Below are positions 57,562 to 64,000 of a stretch of DNA of 64,000 nucleotides, piece by piece (positions within the stretch are counted from its first letter, which is position 1; the number at the start of each line of letters is the position of its first letter). The stretch is from the human T2T-CHM13v2.0 reference genome, Homo sapiens. A program made the translations under genes and the position numbers. The notes under the pieces are model-generated. The model was not told the DNA's origin. It did no database searches and saw nothing but the letters and a program-made list of their open reading frames with translations. The stretch lies in NCBI RefSeq assembly GCF_009914755.1, contig NC_060933.1; one strand, given 5' to 3'.

Positions 57562-58237
57562 CTGGAAGGTCTGTGAGTCTTGGGAAGAAGCCCCTGGGAA
57601 ACTGGGGAAAGGTCTGAGTAGCCTGCACTTCTCTCCCCTGACCCTGAGCATAAGGCTTATAGAGTCTATGTTGCCTCCTAGAATAGGTAGGCCAAGGTGG
57701 TCATTAGGGTGGCCACAAAATGCCTCTATTTCAGGCTTTGGATTGGGGAATATCGTGGTTATGGGGTGGAAGCATTTCTATTTTTTGTTTAAGCACTGAT
57801 TTTGTAAATAGCTCAGGCAAACTGTAACCTCAAGATTAAAAGTATTGAAGTTTAAAAGGTGTTTTTCTACATACTGTTTGTACGTAGACATCCATATCAT
57901 TTATGGAGATGCAACTTCTTCGCAAGTGAAATACTGGATTTTCTGAGCTTTTATTAAGAGGAGTAACAATGGTCTGTAGTTAGAAAGCAATTGAACCTTT
58001 GACCCAGAAATTACTCTAAGCATTACTGCAATGCAATCATTGAACTGGATCAAGGTGATATTCTTCATCCACAGTCTTCCCCACCAGCTCTCTGAATGGA
58101 TCTTGTGTTATTTTATTTATTTATGTATTTTTTTGGTGAGGAGCAATGAAAGACATTATTTTGTCCCTTTCTAACAACTGTCACGTATATAAAATGTGGT
58201 GGGACTAACATATTCTCTATTATTTGCTTCATCTAAA

Positions 58238-58329
58238 CAGGAGTGGGATTAGGTCAAAGCAGCAGAGGCACCTGGGGCACAACATTTAAGGAGATACTTA
58301 CTCTTAGGGTCAGGCATGTCCCAGCGCTG
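58238..58329 (+). mobile_element. MER96-like hAT MITE, one palindrome arm missing
   Basis: gaggcacctggggcacaacatttaaggagatacttactcttagggtc; degenerate 8-bp TSD catctaaa/ctcctaaa. Confidence 0.6.
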
Positions 58330-58449
58330 CTCCTAAACAAAAGGATTTGGCCTTCAAGAAGCAACATAGAACATCTCTATTCCCAGCCTTGGACAAAGTA
58401 AAATCTTTATTGCTCTGCTATTTGATCCTTGGCAAAGCCCTGCTAAGAG

Positions 58450-58900
58450 ACGTAATATTTTATGAAGGACCATTCAAAGGATCTGCTGTTCACCTACTGC
58501 TCTAGATACTATAGCTTCTATTCTTGGATCAAGTTGGGTATTCTCAGGACAATACACAGTTGAACAATTTTTACCTTAGCTGCTTTCAAAATTATATCTT
58601 AACTGAGTTTTCTTTTAATGGCGTTCACTTAGCTTCTATCAGAGAATGGTATTATTTTAAAAGCCACATCAAATTTGTAACTACATCTCTTGTAGCAATC
58701 TTGACAGAATATTTTTCTTTAGAATATTCATTGCTTCCTAAATTAATTCTTATAAGATTTAGCACTAGGAAAACTTTTACCTCCTTTGAGAAATAGGGAT
58801 GAATCCCCATTTTCTGATAATTAATTTTATGTACCTGTCTACATCCTCTTTTTACTTTGGAGTTCGAAATGCCGACTGCCAGATTCAAATTTAATGCATA
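58450..58900 (+). mobile_element. L4 (RTE-X) LINE 3' fossil
   Basis: tttagcactaggaaaac...ctcctttgagaaat...tttctgata...ttatgt...tctttttactttgg...aatgcat resembles the recalled L4 3' consensus. Confidence 0.4.
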
Positions 58901-59039
58901 TGTCTAACATCTTTGTTAATGCCACTTGATGGGACTTCTAGTCTTCTTTACCTTGGAATTGATTTTCTACTTTTATTCTTATCTTTTTTAGCCACAGTTG
59001 GATTTAGCCATAGTCTACTTTACATTTTAAAGTAGGAGT

Positions 59040-59245
59040 ACTGCACATTTATTGAATGCTTACCATGAGCCAGGTGGATTCTAAGCACTTACTGGGGATT
59101 ATTCCATTCAACCTTTATAACAACGCTGACAGTTTCTTATCTGTCTTTTACAGATGGGGAAACTGAGGCATGGAGTAGTTAAATAATTTGTCCAAGATTA
59201 TGCAACGAAAAAGAGCCACCGTTTGAACCGAGACAGTTTTACTTG
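59040..59245 (-). mobile_element. MIR SINE
   Basis: catttattgaatgcttaccatgagccagg...ttttacagatggggaaactgaggcatggagtagttaaataatttgtccaag. Confidence 0.8.
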
Positions 59246-59832
59246 TAATACTCAATATTTTTAGCCAATATCTATGTGACCTATGTTTGAATGCATTTAT
59301 ATAACCGTTGTTTTTTCTGTCTTTGTAGAAAAAAACTATCTCTTTAAGGAGAGAGAGAAATCTGTGTATGTATGTATTGTGGTTTTTCTTCTGGCCCCAG
59401 TGTGTATTTAAAAATACAAGGGCTACTGAACTCCTTAGTGCCTCTGTGCTATAGGCTTTTTCAATTAACTTTTTATTTTGAACAAATTCAAGATTATGAA
59501 GAGTTGCAAGAATAATGCAATGAACCCCTGGATACTTTCCACCCAGAATCATCAATTGTTTACAGTTTTACTATGTTTCCTTCATCACATTCATTTATAT
59601 TTATTCCATTATTATTCTTTTATTACTGTTTTCTAACTATTTGAAAGTAAGTTATAGACATCATGACCTTTCACTTGTGAATGAGTCAACATGTATCTCT
59701 GAAGAACATAAACATTATTTTCCATGATATAGTTGTCAAATTCTTTGAATTTGACACTGATACGGTGCTATAATCTAATATACATTCTACATTCAAATTG
59801 CACCAATTGTTCCAAATATCCTTTATAGTAAT

Positions 59833-59968
59833 CTTCTCTTTATTCCTTCCCTCCTCTTTCTTTCTCCCTCTCTCCTTCCCTTTTCTTCTTTCTTACATTT
59901 CTCACCTTTCTCCTCTCCTTCTGTCTTTCTCTTTTTTCCTCTTATCTTTCTCTTTTTTCCTCCTATCT
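59833..59968. repeat. Polypyrimidine (TC-rich) tract
   Basis: Near-pure C/T, including a duplicated tctttctcttttttcctc.ta unit. Confidence 0.85.
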
Positions 59969-60005
59969 AGGATTTAGTCCAAGATCATGTGTTATATTTG
60001 GTTGC

Positions 60006-60366
60006 TGTTATAGTTTGGCTCAGTGTCTCCACCCAAATCTCACCTCAAATGGTAATCCCCATAATCTCCACATGTCAAGGGTGAGACCAGGTGGCAATAA
60101 TTGGATCATGGGAGCAGTTTTCCCGATGCTATTCTTGTGATAGTGTGTTCTCATGAGATCTGATGGTTTTATATGTGTCTGGCGTTTCCCCTGTTTGCAC
60201 TCATTCTCTCTCCTGCTGCCCTGTGAAGAAGTATCTTCTGCTATGATTGTAAGTTTCCTGAGGTCTCCCCAGCCATGCAGAACTGTGAGTCAATTAAACC
60301 TCTTTTCTTCGTGAATTACCCAGTCTCAGGTATTTCTTCACAGCAGTGTGAAAATGGACTAATACA
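60006..60366 (+). mobile_element. THE1C/D MaLR solo LTR
   Basis: TG...CA ends; acccaaatctcacc, gagatctgatggtttta, aactgtgagtcaattaaacctctttt, ggactaataca. Perfect 5-bp TSD GTTGC at 60001 and 60367. Confidence 0.93.
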
Positions 60367-60710
60367 GTTGCCACACCTTGTTATGTACTTTAAGCATTAA
60401 CTGTCCCCAGACATCTACAGTTTCTACTGGCTAGGCTAGGATCCCTCAGATTTGGAGCTCCAAGTCTCTTCTCCTTTCCTTGTCTCCAAGTGCTTTTGAA
60501 CTATTTACCATGAACCATGGGCTACAGATATTCCTAAACTTCAGAGTCCCTCCTTACTGGAGAGGGATCCACTTTTTAAAATATGATTTCTTGAAGTGGC
60601 TGCATACTATTCCTTCCAAGCACTTAAAACTCATCAGAAAAAAAAATCATCAAAAAGTCGAAGTTAGTTTTTATTACCTTCACCTTTTCAATGGAAAACT
60701 TTATAAACTG

Positions 60711-60790
60711 TGGATCAATTTATATTACTTTTGGATCAGTTTAGATGACTTTTAGTTGGTCAGTACTCTGGATCAATTTAGGTGACTTTT
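60711..60790. repeat. Three copies of a ~21-22-bp unit TGGATCARTTTA..T.ACTTT(T)
   Basis: Copies at 60711, 60732 and 60769. Confidence 0.8.
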
Positions 60791-61817
60791 GCCCCAAAGC
60801 TTTGTAAGATCAACAAAGCCAAAAGCAGAGGAGTATGATTTTGAGATCAAGTATGTGACTTGAGTCTCATACTCTGGAGGAGTATGAGTGTTTCAGTGTG
60901 GTTTCTGAGAGTGAATACATGTTACACATTAGAGGGAATCTCAAGAAAAAAATAATCGGATCAGAACATCCCTGTGTTGAATATAAATGTAGTTAAAATA
61001 ACATTATTTTCTAATTTTGAAGCAGTCAGGACAAAAGCATAAAGTCTTCCAAAAGTGAAATACATGGCCGTTTTAGTAAGTTCCTGGAACACATATCCCA
61101 GAGCTCCTTCAATGCATATGTTTACCTTTAACTCACTGAATTAGAGATGGAAATAATGCAAGAATCAGACAATAAAATGTCCATCATTCTCTCCTGAGAA
61201 ACAGCATTTTCAATTCATATGAGATTATTTTGATGCTTAAGATTATATTTTGCATTATTTTGCAATGTATTTTAAGTTTTTTTTGAAAAAATTCTTCTCC
61301 ATCAGTTAGATGAATATTTTAATGCTCTGATTTTAAGGCTGTCTTCCTCCACCCCCAATCTTCATGTCAATTACTTAATGATCTATAAATATTTAGAAAG
61401 TTCTAATGGAGCAAGCTATTTAAAGCAAACCTATAAGAAAGTCTGCATTATTTGAATAATTTCCCCTAATTTGTCTCTTTGTAGGTTTGGATACATGAAT
61501 ATTGAATTTTCTTAAATGAAGTCTTATTCTCGTCCATTATTGTGTTACATTTCTTTGACCCTCTTTCAAATTGATAGGGAGATAAAAGGAAAAATCTTGT
61601 TATCCTGTGAGTAAGCTATTAGACACTCAAGTGTTGGCTAAGGGTACTGGTAGGATAATAGGAAGATCAAAGATGTTCTCTTGTTAAAACGCTATTGTCA
61701 TTTTAAAAATTATGAGTGTGACTGGTAATAATTGCACTCAATCCAGTATGTTGACTTCTCTTGCGTTTCATATCTGTCGTCCAGTTAGGGTTCCAGGGTA
61801 CGTGTGTTTGTGGAGTC

Positions 61818-61935
61818 AGTGTAGTCCACAGGTAAGAGCAATGGTCTGGGAATTAGGAGGCACTTGTTTCTACCTAACCTCTGTCACTAATAAGCTTTGT
61901 GACCTCGAGCCAAAAGCTTTACCACCCTGGGACTC
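61818..61935 (+). mobile_element. MIR fragment
   Basis: agtgtag...taagagcaatggtctgggaattagga...ctctgtcactaataagctttgtgacctcgagc. Confidence 0.6.
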
Positions 61936-62725
61936 AACATCCTCATCCTCATCCTCATCTTCCAACGATGGTTCAGGTGATCTCTTGTTTTCTTTCTAGA
62001 ACCAAAGGACACTCCTATGAGATACAAGACCATCAGATGGAAGCGTGCAACTGTTAAGTTTTAGTTGTTGATTGATATTTATATACCCAAACAACATCTT
62101 TTTATTTAATATCGATTTATCTTTATTTCTCCATTGGTTTGCCAATGCTGTCCTGGATATGAACTCAGGTAATATTCTTAAATTATAGGCCTAAGAAAAT
62201 GGTAGAGCATAACACAGACATGTAGAATTTTGTTTAAATGTTTTCATTAAAATTTTAAATTAAAACAGTAATTTAAGGATATGCATTTATTCAAAATGCC
62301 TTTTCTGTAGAGCTGGATTTTTAAAATTGGATCTTTTTTTTTTACCTTCTAAATGAGGGGTTTCTATTTGATCTGAGATGACAAATTGATCTTATCTGAA
62401 GCATGATTCTAAGTCACAGCAGGTTAGAATGCTTATTGTGGTTAACAATCAGTTTCTACTGGGGGTAAGAGAAGTACGTGATGCCTTCCATTTACTGGCC
62501 CTAGATCAGATCATCACTAAGAGTCTTTTCTAGACATAGTCCTCCTCCACTTCTCTGTCTCACTGAATGACAGACACCCACATAAACGTACAAAAGGGAA
62601 TGGGAAACAAAGTAGAAAAAAGCTCTTTAACTATCAGCACCCATGTACATTTGGGTCACTTAAAGATTAAATACAGTTTTAAATATTATATGATTGCTTT
62701 TACTTTGCATCACAGACTGGTATTT

Positions 62726-62762
62726 GCGTGTGTGTGTGTGTGTGTTTGTGTGTGTGTGTATG
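62726..62762. repeat. (TG)n microsatellite
   Basis: Directly visible. Confidence 0.9.
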
Positions 62763-63544
62763 TTTGGTTGGGGGGTGTTGATGTTGAGGAACATAATCAT
62801 GTTTTAGGGAACAGTGGCTCAAAAGGTCTGATTCTAGCCCTGCCTCTAATTCATTCTCCATATTGCAGCACAATAATCTTTTAAAAGTAGGACTTGATCT
62901 TGCCATTTCTTGTTTCCCACTGCCTTTAGGGTAAAGCCAAAACTCTTTATTATGTTCCATTCTCTCCTATTTCTCCTGCCTCCTGTCCCACCACATTTTC
63001 CCTTTCTCTTTTGGGTCCAGTCATATTGGTCTCCGTCAATTCCCCCCAAAAGACATGTGCAGTAACTTATTTCTCTCCTTATAAAGAAGGATTCTCTCTC
63101 TGCAGCTTTTTAAACTGTGGCTCTTGCTTCTGATTTCAGCACAAACATCTCCTCGATAAATACTGTTGAGATAAATGCATGCTTCTACACTTCCGTGTGA
63201 TTAGGATTCCCAGGTAAAGCAGTAGGGTAACAGTAATATAAGGAAGTTTAAGCCTGGTTTTTAACATTCACTTTTTGGTCATGACACAAATTCAGCAGTT
63301 AGCTGCTGAGAAATATCCTAGGTTTTTAGAAGTTGTTGATTATAGTAATTACCTCAAGATGTAATGATCACACAACTATGAAACTAAAATCTGTGAAAAA
63401 AATGCGGTGGCATCTGATCTCCTCTGGAAGGCTAGGAGTCCTTCAATCTTTGCACGTCAAACAGGACGCTTGGTACCCTCTTCCTTCTCCCCCCCCACTT
63501 AAATAATATAGTCATCCCCAGAGGTCTCTTTTTGTGGCTCAAAT

Positions 63545-63960
63545 CCTTGACGTCAACATTGCCTTCTTTTCTTCTCCTGATTCCATCCTATCAGCAAGGC
63601 ATATTGACTCTATCTTAAAAATACACCCAGAATCTCACTCTTCTCAATCCCTCCTCTGCTATTGCCTCACTTCCAGCCATAACTATCTCTCATCTATACA
63701 ACTTTAATAAGATCCTTACCTGTGCTGGTCTCTGATTTTGGCTCCCTCAGTCTGATCATTAAATGATGGCAAAAATAATTTTCCAAAAAACATATATTAG
63801 GCTGTATTATTGTTCCTTCTCAAATTGTCCTTTGATTTCCTGGTTTTGTTTCACGTTTAAAGTAGCATTCCTTAGCATGCCTTTGATGCTCTAAATATGA
63901 TGGTTCCTGCCTACATCCTTACTCTCATCTCTTACCATTTACCTCCTCTCTTTTGATAAT
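63545..63960 (+). mobile_element. L2 fragment
   Basis: atcagcaagg..atattgactctatcttaaaaatacacccagaatc...cttagcatgcctttgatgctct...tggttcctgcctac. Confidence 0.65.
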
Positions 63961-64000
63961 TTTGAACCAAAATGGCCCCCTAGCAATTCTTCAATCAGAA

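Larger units (their letters stand above)
59455..60410 (-). mobile_element. L1MC4/5-like 3' end, interrupted by a TC-rich tract and a THE1 LTR
   Basis: tttttattttgaacaaattcaaga..a..aagagttgcaagaata...atttgaaagtaagtt.tagacatcatgacc. Confidence 0.7.

Noticed and set aside
60711-60790. Repeat-spacer-repeat pattern superficially like CRISPR
   Set aside because: Eukaryotic DNA, degenerate repeats, irregular spacing, no cas genes

Overview
Primate (most likely human) non-coding nuclear DNA: AT-rich, CpG-depleted, and without a CpG island. I found no supportable host protein-coding exon, rRNA, tRNA or CRISPR array. It reads like a large intron or intergenic region, and I cannot name the locus. The ORF track is essentially chance ORFs, except for L1 ORF1/ORF2 remnants and Alu-derived peptides. 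Recognisable content is transposable elements: 4 Alus (J/S age); a ~5.7-kb degenerate L1PA8A-like element nested in an MLT2 LTR, itself nested in a MIR; a 0.6-kb L1PA8A-like 3' fragment; a long antisense L1M block; several solo LTRs (THE1, MLT1A/B/H/J, MER31, LTR33-, LTR41- and LTR78-like); DNA-transposon MITEs (MER2, MER20, MER33, MER53, MER58A, MER96, MER103-like); many MIR/L2 fragments; and CR1/L3 and L4 fossils. Subfamily names come from recalled consensus sequences, and old-repeat boundaries are approximate. The most interesting unexplained signal is a ~36-bp-stem, pri-miRNA-shaped hairpin at 2641-2723 built from inverted CCAGATGTTT E-boxes. Other leads are a 93-bp tandem duplication beginning with a splice-donor consensus, an Alu whose A-tail is replaced by a G-quadruplex-like tract, a pure T54 run ending in ACAG, a palindromic CTCF-like site, and a candidate terminal exon using an LTR polyadenylation signal. 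None amounts to a demonstrated new biological system.
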